Source of the DNA: Octopus sinensis
Taxonomy: Eukaryota
Direction: 5' to 3'
NCBI RefSeq assembly: GCF_006345805.1
Contig: NC_042999.1
Coordinates: 60,698,001-60,762,000 of the forward strand
DNA: 64,000 nucleotides
Part shown: in pieces, positions 12,123-25,824 of the stretch
Layout: each line of letters begins with the position of its first letter
How positions within the stretch are numbered: position 1 is the stretch's first letter
Translations under genes and position numbers: made by a program
Notes under the pieces: model-generated
What the model saw: the letters and a program-made list of their open reading frames with translations, nothing else
What the model was told of the DNA's origin: nothing
Database searches by the model: none

Positions 12123-12180
12123 GATAAAACTCTGAGTTTCAGATGCCGAAGTGGGAATCCACGACATCTCTTCGGTTATC
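12123..12180 (-). ncRNA. Type I hammerhead ribozyme-like motif (U4C variant)
   Basis: Minus: GAUAA CCGAAGA GAUGUCG..CGGCAUC U GAAA CUC-A-GAG UU UUAUC. Stem I 5 bp, stem II 7 bp. Confidence 0.7.
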
Positions 12181-12192
12181 TGGCTATTTGAA

Positions 12193-12250
<58 letters not shown>

Positions 12251-14976
12251 TATATGTATGTATATATGTGTGTGTGTGTATGTATGTATATTATATGTGC
12301 ATATCATCTCATATGAGATAGTGTTCATTTGAAAGTAGCAATGCAGATGTTAAGACGACATTCTGGTATAAAGCTCCGTGACACATTTTCATATTCGACG
12401 CTAAAGTGTACTTGTAACACAACGAAATCGAATCATTTTATGAAACTGAAACCGCTCTTCTTCCACACAAATCTTTTGATGTACTTTGATTATTAGACTT
12501 TTGCTAGATACAGTTTCGTATAGACTGAAACTTATGTTAACCATACTGGAAATTTATGACTTTTATTTAACATAGTTGAACCATTGTAATTTTTATAATT
12601 CAGTCGTATTTCGAATATGTTGCACATATTATTGAAGAAGAAAGTATTTTTCCTCTTCAGCTAGCCGGAATGAACGTTACACATATCCCATCATGAGAAC
12701 TAACCTTTTATACTGACACACCGTACATATAACACTCTGTTGAAACGATAATAAATCTGCACGTTCAATATAATACGTTGGAGCAACTTTATCATAAAGA
12801 ATAATAAATCATAGAGAGAAAGGACATTGTTTACTGTGTTAGTTCAATGGATGACAAGGGTCTAATAAATATAAAATTATTATTTCCTATGACAGTTAGC
12901 TTTAAATCCCTGTTCTTATCTAGGAAACATTTTCTTGAAAGACCCATGAGAAATAGATGGACAGAAAACGGGAAAAAATAAAACTCACAATAAAATAAAT
13001 AGAAAAATATTCGTGCAAAAGTTTGTAAATATTAAGATACTTCTTGAAGTATATTTCAAGCATAATTTTAAGAGCATTTTGTATTTTTATCGAGTCTATG
13101 AATGTAAAATATATGAATTCCCAAACTAATATTACGAACTATAAAAAAGTTGTTTATTTTTGTTATATAATGAATCTTATATACTTGTTTAAACACAAAT
13201 ATTGACATCAGTCTCTGCGGAGATTTGATAGGTTCAATTGATATATGTGAACACATTTTCAAGTAATATGTTGAATACACATGACACTTATATAAAGAAT
13301 AGAGATAGAGAGAAAGAGAGAGATAGAGATATGTTGAAATTGCCTGTTGATGGAGGAATGAAATAACACCAAAATAAAGGGAAAAAAAGAAATAAAACAT
13401 CCCAATAAAACTGGATATATCAAATTCAATCTCAACTAGTTACTCAGATGAAGTATTATGGACAATCTGCGGATAGTAGATTGGATAAACACTGGCAAAA
13501 ACATTTTAAGAACGTGACAATGCATAGTCTTTCTAATGATAAAATGTCAGTGGCAGTCAATGCATTTCAAATTTTTTTTATGGAAATAAGCCCCGAATGC
13601 ATAATTTTTTTACTCATGCCTGTAATATCTTTTGTAGAAAGCCATCTTGCGAACTGAGAACAGTGTAGTCAAATGTAATAACCCACTGATTGCTTAACAT
13701 TCATAATTATTTATTCATAAACTGTAACGTACCTTGTTAGTGGAGCTCACTACTACACAAATCTCCTAGAATCCCTGTTTCTAGCATTTATTAGTAATTA
13801 TTTCATTAAGCATCGAAAAGAAAAAAATAATAAACCACGTCACATGCATAATCAAGGAAATGTACTTACTTTTCCAACCCTGACATGATTTGAGAGCTGA
13901 TTACAGTATTTCACTAGTTTAAACATTTACATAATTTGCGAGCTATGTTTGAGATGACAAAGAACAGCAGCTTATTGCCTGTTATTTGTTTTTCGTAAAT
14001 GTTTACTGTGTCTGTACTACCTGTCTACACTAGTTGTGGTCATTGTGAAGACAGGTAAATCAAGGTGAAGGTGGGGAATGATTAATTACAACCCTTACCA
14101 TGGCATTAGAGAAGCTAGAATTGGTAGTAATAGGTCAATGTTGGCAGGATTATAGGTGTTTTCATTTAAACCATTGGGCTATTTTATGTGTTTTTTTACA
14201 AAACATCTGTATGGATACTTCTTTCCATACGAAAAACAAAAAAAAAAGAAGAAGCAGGCAATAAAATACTGTTCTTAGTCGTCTGAAACATAGCTCGCAA
14301 ATTTTGTAAATGTTTAAACTAGTAAAATAGTGTAATCAGAGAGTGAGGGAGAGAAAGAGTTGGGAGAGATGAAAGAAATATCTGTCACTAAAAATTAAAT
14401 AAGAGAATTATCATGGGCTTTAAACCCAAAGTTTAGTGATATAATCTGTAGAATAATATAACAGTTATCAATCATACAACCAATAAAAGTACTAATCGAA
14501 CTTACGATAAATGTGAAAATTTATTAGTTTGTAACGTGATAAACCATAACAGTCACCATCAAACCAAGTGTTTGATTTCTTCTGTCTATATTTAACTATC
14601 GAGTCATGTGTTGAAATTTGGTAGTTAAAACAAATAGGAATGTAAAATCAGAAATACAGATTCTTTTCAATAAATTCATAGAATATCTCAGCTTCACAAC
14701 CGTGGGTTATTATTTTTGTCGCTCTTCTTCCAAAGCATTCCAGCTGTGACAAACCTATCATTTATTTCCATATAGCTCATTCCAGTCCACTGTATGAAAT
14801 GTCGTTTTATATTTTTATGACGGTAGTTTGCAAATACTCGCGAGTCGAATGTCACCAAAGTGTCTCCAAAATTGACCAAAGTAGAGAATTATATTTGCGA
14901 AGGCTAGTAATCCACTATTGATCACAGTTCTTAGCACCAAGTGATGTCAATATTGTATAGAAACGTAGATCTTAAA

Positions 14977-15184
14977 CTGGCAGTGTTGTTAGCATGCTGG
15001 ATGAAATGCTTAGCGGTTTTTCGCCCTTCGCTATGTTCTGAGTTCAAATTCTGCCGAGGTCGACTTTACCTTTCATCCTTCCGGGGTCGATAAATTTAAT
15101 ACCAGTTGCGTACTGGAGTCGATTCAATCGACTGGCCACTCCTCGAAAATTTCGGGCCTTGTGCCTAGAGCAGAAGAGAATATT
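14977..15184 (+). mobile_element. SINE family A (tRNA-like head + Meta-domain-like core)
   Basis: gttcaaattctgccgaggtcgactttacctttcatccttccggggtcgataaatttaataccag; homologous to 15755-15986 and 27680-28093. Confidence 0.8.
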
Positions 15185-15754
15185 TCAAATCTCAATACAG
15201 TGTACGTCTTAATATTTCCAAAATATTTACGTCATGTTAATGAAATGATTATATTAATTGTGCTTATGAAACAGCCGTCCTCCAATAATCACGTCGGCAA
15301 AACCCAAATGATTAAAAAGTGATCATCACAAAAACCAGTAATGTATATGTTGGTCAAATCAATAGTCTGATGATTTATTACTGAAATCATTAATGGATTT
15401 TAGATTTTACTATGAGGGGAAAAAGGATTACAACTGATTCTCAAGCTTCACAGAATTGACTTGAAATATGTATATATTACACTTTAACATACATAACATT
15501 CTCATACATATTTTTATTCACACACTCAAAGACACGCACGCACGACGCACAAAAGCTCAACACATCCCCCATCCCCATGTGTATGTATGCATACATACAC
15601 GATTGCATACATACATAAATATATACATGCATGTATCAGGCAACTAATGTATCATAACCTTCATTGAATTGTTTTCTATAATTATGTCGTATTTACATAA
15701 GGAATCTCAGGCCTTAACTTATCCAACCAACGTTAATGAAGACTCAACATAATT

Positions 15755-15986
15755 TATTTCTTTATTGCCCATAGGGGACTAAACATAGAGAGGACAAACA
15801 AGAACAGAGAAACGGATTAAGTCGATTACATCGACCTCAGTGCGTAACTGGTATTTATTTAATCGACCCTGAGAGGATGAAAGGCAATGTTGACCTCGGC
15901 GGAATTTTAACTCAGAACGTAACGGCAGACGAAATACCGCTAAGCATTTCGCCCGGCGTGCTAAAGTTTCTGCCAGCTCGCCGCCC
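15755..15986 (-). mobile_element. SINE family A
   Basis: Reverse complement of the same core (gaggatgaaaggcaatgttgacctcggcggaattttaactcagaac); head ends at ctcgccgcc. Confidence 0.85.
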
Positions 15987-16249
15987 TAACATAATGGCGT
16001 TAAGATGCTTACAATGTCCAATGTTAGTTCGATTCATAGCATTTAACATAACATGAAACTCTGATAACGCCATATTGAGCGTTTCCCCTGCACCGAGTGT
16101 TCTTGGCCCTCACACATATCAGATATACACAGTCAGAAGAGCATATGCATACACACATACGAACATGCACACATTGACATATATATATATATATATATTT
16201 CTTTTTCTAGTTTCAGCTCAGAGCTGCGGCCATGCTGATGCACCGCCGT

Positions 16250-16325
<76 letters not shown>

Positions 16326-17010
16326 CCTTTGATATTTAATTTTCTTGATAATCAAATATATATTGAAGCAAAAAAAATAATAAAAAACAAGAAGACAGAA
16401 ACACTTTACAGCAGGACAAGGAAAAATAACAGCAAAAAGAAAATATATAAAAAAGATATATGACTGGCAAAAGAAAAGTAGGCCGATTCGGTTAAAATTG
16501 TTATAGTGTTTTAAGTATGAGAAAGATCCACAAGATTGGAAATATTTTACGGTTTGTGAAACAATTACCGATTGAACTGTATATGTGAATCGATCTTCTA
16601 ATCTGCGCTTGAGAGTGATTTTGATAAAGAAAAATAGAATGAAAACAGATTCAGAGATTTTGTAGTATATCAAGAGATATCAGGATTATGCAGAGCAGAA
16701 CGGAGAAATGTTGTTAGAGAGATATGAAGCAAGATAGGCAGGGGTGCGAGTGGGGCAGAAAAATAAATAAAAGTAGAAATAGGTTGGTATAAGGATTCAT
16801 AAGCAAGGGTCTGATTATAAGGGTGCAGAACTAGTTTCATCGAAGTACTGGGTAGTTAAACAGAAATATGACTGTGTATATGAGCGTGTATGAGTACTGT
16901 GTATCTGTGTGTATTTGTATATTTGTGTATGTGTGTACGTGTGCATGTATATAAGTATATAAGCATGTGCATGAATGATCGTATCTATAGATGGGTATAT
17001 ATGTATCACT

Positions 17011-17818
17011 CTATATATACACGGCAGTTTGTCTGTCTGTGTGTCTGTGTGTCTGTGTGTCTGTCAGGTTGTACCCTCACCCTGACCACGGCTTTCAACC
17101 GATTCTGATAAAACTTGGCACACACATAGCCCAATGTCATAAGTCAAAACTAACGCAGCGAAAATTTTGAAAAGTTCCCCCAGTTCTGAAAACAATCGAT
17201 AAATTCGACATGGGTCGAGAATCTAAGCTTTTTATATGCAACACATTTTCTACAGACTATCTAGGGGACGCAACTCGACCTTTTTAACTCTCGGAACACG
17301 TGGGGTAAGTATCACAAAATGTATAAAAATGTACAAAAACGGCAAAAAAGCGGGCTGCAATGTGAGTGACAACAACGAAAAAGTCAAAAGTGTCAAAACT
17401 GAACAAACGAATCGAAAAGGTTTTTTGATGCACACGACAAAAGCGGTTTATAATAAACCAAGAGTTTGCAAGTAGCGTCCGAGGACCCATAGGGTACGTC
17501 AAAAATTTAAGGTAAAACGTTTGGGGTGGTAGTTATAAAGAAAGTGTAAACAAAAAAAGTATTCGAATAACTTGCGGCTGCAGCAGCTATTAGCAGAAGT
17601 GGCGGTGTTGGGGGTAAAGTCTCGAATGTAATTTCTTCCTGGTAGGAATTGGTTGGGCTGAATTATCGATAGCTGTTTGATAGTTATTTGGGAGTGAAGA
17701 GAAGATATTGCAACCTACACATGCGCCTTCGTTCCCTAGAAGGAAAGGACTAGATTGGGATTAGTCGTTGCCTACTAGGGGCTCTTACATACCCGGGCAA
17801 CGCCGGGCTATGCTGCTA

Positions 17819-17820
<2 letters not shown>
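17011..17820 (-). mobile_element. Non-autonomous Helentron/Lep1-like rolling-circle element (long copy)
   Basis: Minus 5' end actagcagcatagcccggcgttgcccggg; 3' part tttcatcagaatcggttgaaagccgtgg + (acag)n + tatatag. Same family as 36564-36940; abuts (TA)n. Confidence 0.7.
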
Positions 17821-17871
<51 letters not shown>

Positions 17872-17886
17872 TATACATGTATATAT

Positions 17887-18013
<127 letters not shown>

Positions 18014-18145
18014 TGTACATGCAATTACGTAAGAAGCGTCCATCATGGGACTCCTTGCACGCTAGAGATAACAGTTAAATTCCAAACTACTATTAGTAAT
18101 AAAATTCCGAAGGGAATAAAAAATAAAAACATTCACCATCTAACT

Positions 18146-18215
18146 CCTGGACCAATGGTTTCAAACTCTTTTTAGCAAATAAAATAATTAGTTAGGCGAA
18201 GTCTTCTTCAGCAGG
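18146..18215 (-). ncRNA. Type I minimal hammerhead ribozyme with intact core (copy A)
   Basis: Minus: CCUG CUGAAGA AGACU [loop] AGUUU GAAA CCA-U-UGG UC|CAGG; predicted cleavage between 18150 and 18149. Confidence 0.88.
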
Positions 18216-18614
18216 TACACCTTAGATTAAATATATATACACGAGGCAATCCAGTATATGTCCCGTGCATATACATTCTAACTTTTCAAAGCTACCGCGT
18301 AGGCGCAGCTCCTTGTCGCCAATAAATAAAAATGCTGGCTTTTCAATTCGAAAATTATCCAGATAAAAATTATCAATAATTAATAATATCAAGGCTAAAC
18401 AGAAATATTAGAGATTTCCATTTGCAGTGATCTAGCGTGTAAAAATTAGTCAATAGACTATATATTATTCATATAAATATAGTGTACATTTAAACACATA
18501 AGAAGCATCCATCATAGCACTCCTTGCACGCTAGAGAGAATAGTTAAATTCCAAACCACTATTAGGGATAAAATTTCGAAGGGAATGAAAAATAAAAACA
18601 TTTACCATCTAACT

Positions 18615-18684
18615 CCTGGACCAATGGTTTCAGACATTTTTTAGCAAATAAAATAATTTGCTAGGCTAAGTCTTCTTCAGCAGG
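18615..18684 (-). ncRNA. Type I minimal hammerhead ribozyme with intact core (copy B)
   Basis: Minus: CCUG CUGAAGA AGAC uuagcc UAGCAAAU uauuuu AUUUGCUA aaaaau GUCU GAAA CCA-U-UGG UC|CAGG; predicted cleavage between 18619 and 18618. Confidence 0.9.
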
Positions 18685-19112
18685 TACACCTTAGATTGAA
18701 TATATATACGCGAGGCAATCCAGTATATGCCCCGCGATTATACATTCTAATCTTTCAAATCTACCGTGCAAGCGGCTATTGGTCCAGGAGTTTGATAGTA
18801 AATGTTGATATTTTAAATCCCGAGTGCGGATTTGTATACATGTGTATGGTTGCATATATATGTATACATATAGGTGTGTATGAGGGTGTGCATACATGTT
18901 TCACGCGAGTGTGAGTGAGCATATGTATAAATGCACATGCACGTGGGTGTGCGTGCACGAATGAGTATGTATGTAGATGCGCACATACGCGAATCCTATG
19001 AGCGGTTTCTACTTCCAGGTTTTTCCCTTACTTAACGGTCATTCTAATAGCCCTTTTGTTTGTCTTAATAACGGTCAACTTCATGCTAATTTCCCTTTGT
19101 TTAACGATCATT

Positions 19113-19293
19113 TTAATTCTCGTCGGTAGCTCCTACCGTGCTTAGGATTAAACTCAATTTACATTGTAATCTTCTAAGAAATCCGTTGAATACATACGCT
19201 GATTTAAAAAAAAAAAGCATAACATTTCACATAAGCTGACGAGATGAATTTAGTTTAACCCTAGGAGCGGTAAGAGCCGCCGATGACAATTAA
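19113..19293. mobile_element. Old MITE-like element with ~50 bp imperfect terminal inverted repeats
   Basis: ttaattctcgtcggtagctcctaccgtgcttaggattaaactc versus gtttaaccctaggagcggtaagagccgccgatgacaattaa (about 75% complementary). A related arm lies at ~60065-60123. Confidence 0.55.
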
Positions 19294-19469
19294 GATGCAC
19301 TGCATTGAATTTCAAAATCATCTGTTAATCTGGCTATGTCTGCTAGGGAACTTGTATCCACTTGTAAGTCATTGAGATAGTGCTTCTGTAATGGTTGGTC
19401 AGTTTTGACGCTTATTTCTAGCAGTACTGACATCACTCAGTACCCGGTACCTTCTGTCACGTCAATGAC

Positions 19470-19520
<51 letters not shown>

Positions 19521-20153
19521 AATATATATATTTTGTAACATATTTCTATTATATATACATATATATATTCAATTATATGTCTTAAGATTACTTTGAGACA
19601 CAAGGCATATTATACAAACCTGCCTACACGTAGCTCCAAAGCAAGTAACTATTAGCTACCTGCTTCTTTATACTGTGTATATTACATTATACGCACGACC
19701 TCCCCTCACACACAGACTCACACATGAATATATAATATATTATATAGAGATGTGTGTTAGCGTATTACAAGAGCATGTTTAAGTATTTTTGCGTGCGTGT
19801 GCGTTGTATTGTGAAGTAGAACCGTTAATTCTACGCTTCCAGCGCCTTTCGGGAATTGCATGAACGTAATATATTTCTATTTCCTGTTCTCTATAAGACG
19901 ACCGACATATGACTGAATGTTGCGTGTGCGTTTGGATAGTCTAGGATATCAGAGATTTCTTGAAAATAGAGGGTGGTATTGATAAGATAGATGGCTTTAT
20001 AATGCAAGTGTGTTTATAGACGAATATATAATATATATATTGTTATATATGTATATATATATGTATATATATGTATATATATATATGTATATATATGTAT
20101 ATATATATTATATATATATATATAATTATATTATATATATGCATATATATACA

Positions 20154-20182
<29 letters not shown>

Positions 20183-20189
<7 letters not shown>

Positions 20190-20349
20190 TAGATATAGAT
20201 ATATGTTATATATAAGTATATATATATATATATGTATATTTATATATGTATGCATGTATATATGTATGTATGTTTATATACGTATGTACGCCTCTCTATA
20301 TATATGTATATACATAGTGTGTTTATATATATATATGCATATATATACA

Positions 20350-20385
<36 letters not shown>

Positions 20386-20413
20386 TAGATATAGATATAT
20401 GTATATATATAAG

Positions 20414-20444
<31 letters not shown>

Positions 20445-20515
20445 GTATGCATGTATATGATGTATGTATGTTTATATACGTATGTACGCCTCTCTATATA
20501 TATGTATATACATAT
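20183..20515 (+). repeat. ~195 bp tandem duplication within a compound microsatellite
   Basis: gtttatatacgtatgtacgcctctctatatatatgtatatacata occurs at ~20272 and ~20469. Confidence 0.8.
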
Positions 20516-20978
20516 GTGGGTTTATATATATATATGTGTGTGTATGTGTGTGTGTATGTGTGTTTGTGTGTGTATATGTATATATGTGCGTGTTGTATTT
20601 GTGCAAGGGAAGTTGTGTATATGTATGTGTATACATAATTATGTATGCATATGTATGCTTGTGTATAGGCGTATGTCTGAACTTGTTTATGTGCGCGTGG
20701 TAGCATACATTATTGCGTATATTCGAATGGAACGTCGGTGGTAGTTCATACTGCTATGAAAAGATATATAAGCAAAAGAAAACTAAATGATGAAAAAATC
20801 GATGAGTTATTTGAAGAATAAATCCCAAACGAACGTGTACTTCATCTGTCACTGCAGGTGCTTCCATCATTTCAGGCAAACTAGACGAAGTTTAAGAATG
20901 TCCACCGAAGAGGCACTGGAAAATCAATAAACACTCGCAGGAAAACACGACATACATACAGATATTCATACGTAATAC

Positions 20979-21016
<38 letters not shown>

Positions 21017-21269
21017 ATATATATATATAATATATATAACTAGATACAATTCATACACACAGGCACATACATATGCAGTTGTAGAAGTATCCATAAATAC
21101 ACTAACAGAAATGTGCTCCTCTGTGATATTATCTGCTCATTCATCCATATATACACACGCATAAATATATATGATATATATAAGTATATAAATATATATT
21201 TATAATATTATATATATATATGTATACATGTGTATGTATATCTATATATGTATATGTGCTACATGTATA

Positions 21270-21347
<78 letters not shown>

Positions 21348-21800
21348 AATGTATGTATGTATGTATGTATATGTATATATTTGGCAATATGAAGACACAA
21401 AATAAAAAGTAGATATAGGATATATGTGACATACATAATTCGTTTATATATACATACGCACATATATATGCACGCTGTTATATAAATACTTAAGATAATA
21501 TATGTTAGCATGTATAAAGATACATGCTATGAAATGTACTTCAGAAATATGTTACTTTTATATAAACTGGTTAACGTATATGATTGATATGTGTATAATA
21601 TAGCATAATAGTTATAAATATGTGTGTTGATAAGCCCACGTTTGCGTATCCATCTATGTAATTATATATATATAAATGTTTGATTATATACATACATACA
21701 CACACTGACACCCGCCCACACGGATATACATATATACAAACACACACACGTGCACGCGCCCACGCACACACTAACACACACTCCATAATATATATATATA

Positions 21801-22172
21801 TACTCTTTTACTCTTTTACTCTTTTACTACTTGTTTCAGTCATTTGACTGCGGCCATGCTGGAGCAGCCCGCAGTACTTATTCTATCGGTCTCTTTTGCC
21901 GAACCGCTAAGTGACGGGGACGTAAACACCCAGCATCGGTTCAGCAATGCTAGGGGGACAAACACAGACACAAACACATACACACACACATATATATATA
22001 CATATATACGACGGGCTTCTTTCAGTTTCCGTCTACCAAATCACTCACAAGGCATTGGTCGGCCCGGGGCTATAGAAGAAGACTCTTGCCCAAGATGCCA
22101 CGCAGTGGGACTGAACCCGGAACCATGTGGTTGGTTAGCAAGCTACTTACCACACAGCCACTCCTGCGCCTA
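21801..22172 (-). mobile_element. tRNA-derived SINE family B, full length, with internal microsatellite
   Basis: Minus head ataggcgcaggagtggctgtgtggtaagtagcttgct..ggttccgggttcagtcccactgcgtgg; tail ccagcatggccgcagtcaaatgactgaaacaagtag(taaaagag)n. Confidence 0.88.
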
Positions 22173-22201
22173 TATATATATATATATTATATATATATAT
22201 T

Positions 22202-22257
<56 letters not shown>

Positions 22258-23195
22258 AATGGCAATGTGTATGTCTAAAAGCATATATATCTTTGTATTT
22301 TATTTATGTAATTCCAAAACGAATATTACTCATCTTTTACTTAGTACACTATGCTATCATTCCTCATTGAAAGTTCTATGGAGAGCTTAGTGATTGAAAT
22401 TATCTAAAGCTTGCGTAAACGAAATACATTCTAATATACAAATCAACAAATTCTTACTTTGAAAGCACATGTCATAAAATAGATATATTATTTCATCATT
22501 TTTTATCGTGTTTGCATTAGAATAAAACCATAACGCATGGTTGTCACATTCATCTTTCCTCGGGTTATTGCGGATTTTTACCATATTGAATTTTATGGAT
22601 TAAAACCTAAATCATATGATGCGCATGTGAAAGCTGAATGAATGAAAAATAGTCAGAGGGATGGGTTCTAGCTAATGTACTAAATACATCGTTTACTACT
22701 ACTACTACTACGACTTCTATAATGCAATAATACTAAAGTTAGTAAAGTTAATCTCGTTCTAAGCTTCAAATCTAATTATTGTATTTAGATCTATTTATTA
22801 TGAACAGTGAAACCGATTCTATTTTATTTCGTCTCTTGCACTCTATATATAAGTAACTGTAGTTTTATTGCCATTTATTTACGAGTATTATAAAGTTTAT
22901 AGGTAAAATATTTTGAGAACGAATTACGATTTATAACATTGCTCCCATGAGAAATTATTGCTCATCTTTACGAGTTTCCGCTTTACTTGTGGTCTCCAGG
23001 AAAAATTTAACTCGTATATCGAGGCATTACAATACCTTAGATAATTCTTTTCGAGGGGGACTCTATTGCACGGTACTAATGATCGGAAATAACAGCAAAA
23101 TATCGATATGTGATGTCGTTCACTTATTCGTACTCATCCGATTCGTACTCATCCGTACACATTTATTTTTTAACTCTTCATCTTAAAAGGACTAT

Positions 23196-23650
23196 TTTAT
23201 TCTTTCATTTCTTTTACTTGTTTCAATCATTTGACTGCGGCCATGCTGGAACACCACCTTTTCGCAGTTTTTTTTTAGTTGAAGAAATCGACCTTAGGAA
23301 TTATTTTTTTGTAATCTTAGTAGTTATTTTATCTAAGTTGCGAGAACATAAACACAACAGCGTCAGTTGTCAAGCGATGACGAGACGGACAAACACAGAC
23401 ACACACATATATATAAATAAACACACACACGTGTGCGTGTGTGTGTGTGTGCGCGCGTGCGCGTGTGAAGACCTTCTTTCAGTTTCCGTTTATCAAATCC
23501 ACTCACAAGGTTTTGTTCGGCCCGAGGTATTGGTAGTAGATACTTACCCAAGTTGTCACACAGAGGGACTGAACCCGGAACTTAGTGGTTGGACTGACCC
23601 CGGAACTTAGTGGTTGAGAAGCAAGCTTCTTACCACACAGTCACGCCTGC
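23196..23650 (-). mobile_element. SINE family B
   Basis: Same head and tail as 21801-22172; carries a local ~24 bp duplication (gactgaacccggaacttagtggtt). Confidence 0.85.
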
Positions 23651-23891
23651 GGTCCCAATAATTTTCAAGAAAATTAATATGAAACGTTGTTACAAGGCTA
23701 AGCATTTGAAATGCAGATACAGTTCTTCAGGTGTGTTTTCTAAATTACCCGGTTTAGACAATGTCACTCGAAAGGCTTGGTTTTATGTTAATGACTTCAT
23801 TTGGCTCAAAAGCGTGACCGTAGAGACACACAGACACACACATCATCCCGCTCATGCTTTCGCCTAGCATTCTGTCTATATATAACATATT

Positions 23892-24306
23892 GGTAGGAGC
23901 GGCTATGTGGTAAGTAGCTTGCTAGCGAACCACATGGTTCCGGGTTCAGTCCCACTGCGTGGAACCTTGGGCAAGTGTCTCGGGCCGACCAAAGCCTTGT
24001 GAGTGGATTTGGTTGACGGGAACTGAAAGAAGCCCGTCGTATATATATATGTATATATATACATATGTGCGTGTGTGTGTGTGTGTGTGTTTGCGTGTCT
24101 GTGTTTGTCCCTTCCCCCAACATCGCTTGACAACCGATGCTGGTGTGTTTACGTCCCCGTAACTTAGCGGTTCGGCAAAAGAGAACGATAGAATAAGTAC
24201 TAGGCTTACAAAAGAATAAGTCCTGGGGTCGATTTGGTCGACTAAAGGAGGTGCTCCAGCATGGCCACAGTTAAATAACTTAAAGAAGTAAAAGAATAAA
24301 AGAATA
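23892..24306 (+). mobile_element. SINE family B, full length
   Basis: Head ggtaagtagcttgctagcgaaccacatggttccgggttcagtcccactgcgtgg; tail ccagcatggccacag..aaaagaataaaagaat. Confidence 0.88.
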
Positions 24307-24316
24307 ATATATATGT

Positions 24317-24348
<32 letters not shown>

Positions 24349-25824
24349 GTGCATACACGCCTATATAAAAAGATACATAAATACATATATACGTACATCC
24401 ATACCAATATAGATAGATAGAGAGAGAGAGAGAGAGAAAATGATAGACAAATCCTTTGAATGATAGATTCCTACATACTCACATACATGGATACAGAGAT
24501 ACATACATACATGCATGCATGCATACATTTGTACGTACACAGTAAAGGCATGAGTCATTCAGTTACAGCTAGTATATTTTTTACACACGCATAAAACACG
24601 CGTGGTTGAAGAGAACCATAGCCATTATGGGTAATATGAACACCCAACAACCACCAACCTAATTTATAGTGAATATATAGTTCAATACTATATCTCTGCC
24701 ACCCGCATATCTTTCCATAAATATTTCATATATCACACATGATATATTTTACTGAGTGATATCAAATGCCAACATTCCGTCGGTTTTATGACTCAACACT
24801 GCCGCTTTTAATTTTGATTCTATACAAAGTGCACATACAATCATAAGATACTAACCATTGCGCAAAATGGTATCTTTTGATTTTTCGATAATATATTAAT
24901 CATTTACAAGTAGACTTTTAGATCTAAGTCAGCGATAATTACTAATAATTAGTACCGATAATTTTCGACTGACCATCAAGTGACCGGTTCAGAAATATAA
25001 CAGAGAAGTTCAGTAATGGGTTCTATATGAGTGGCTTGTGCTCCACCTCTCTATACTGATAATTTGAGATCAGCATCTTCTCCACCTTTCTCTTTATGAA
25101 GTTGACGGGAGCTTCATCGAATACACAGAGACCTGTCCTTCAGCCTTTCAAGTTTACATCTCTACTCAATGGCTTCCATTAAGAGAAATATTGAAGTTAT
25201 GACTAAGAGTATGCATGAGTGTGTGTATGTCTGTGTGTGAGTGTGTGTGTGTGTGGTGAGAGAGGAACGGGATAGAAAGACAGAGAGCGGGGGAGATAGA
25301 TAGATAGAGTGAGAGGTAGAAAAATAGATAGATACATGCATACATACACATCCTTAAATCCTTAAATCCTTAAAAATGTTTTAGCCCGAAGGCCGCGGCC
25401 ATGCTGGGGCACCAATATATATATATGCTGTGTGTGTGTGTATACATATGTATATATAAATTGAGCTTGGTACAGTCTTCTGGATCACCAGTCCTCAGCC
25501 AAACCGCCCAACGCATGCTAGCAATGAAAGCGGACGTTAAACGTCGATGATGATGAAAATAATGATATATATATATATATATATACTTACATACATCTAT
25601 ACATAAAGCATACATATATACATACATACGTACGTACATACATTCATAACATACATACATACATACATACATACATACATACATACATACATACATACAT
25701 GCATACATACATACATGCATATAGATTCAGCCGGTTATTTAAATATTACTTACTATAATCGGACCCATCTCTCGAAAACCAACAGTAACTCACTATTAAG
25801 ATACACACGGGAGATATAATGAAC

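Noticed and set aside
14694-14879. 61 aa ORF in unique sequence as an exon or transposase remnant
   Set aside because: No motif recognised in either orientation; needs tBLASTn or RNA-seq.
20845-20935. Possible terminal exon (ctgcag acceptor, short frame, AATAAA)
   Set aside because: Short and unrecognisable; such signals arise by chance in AT-rich DNA.
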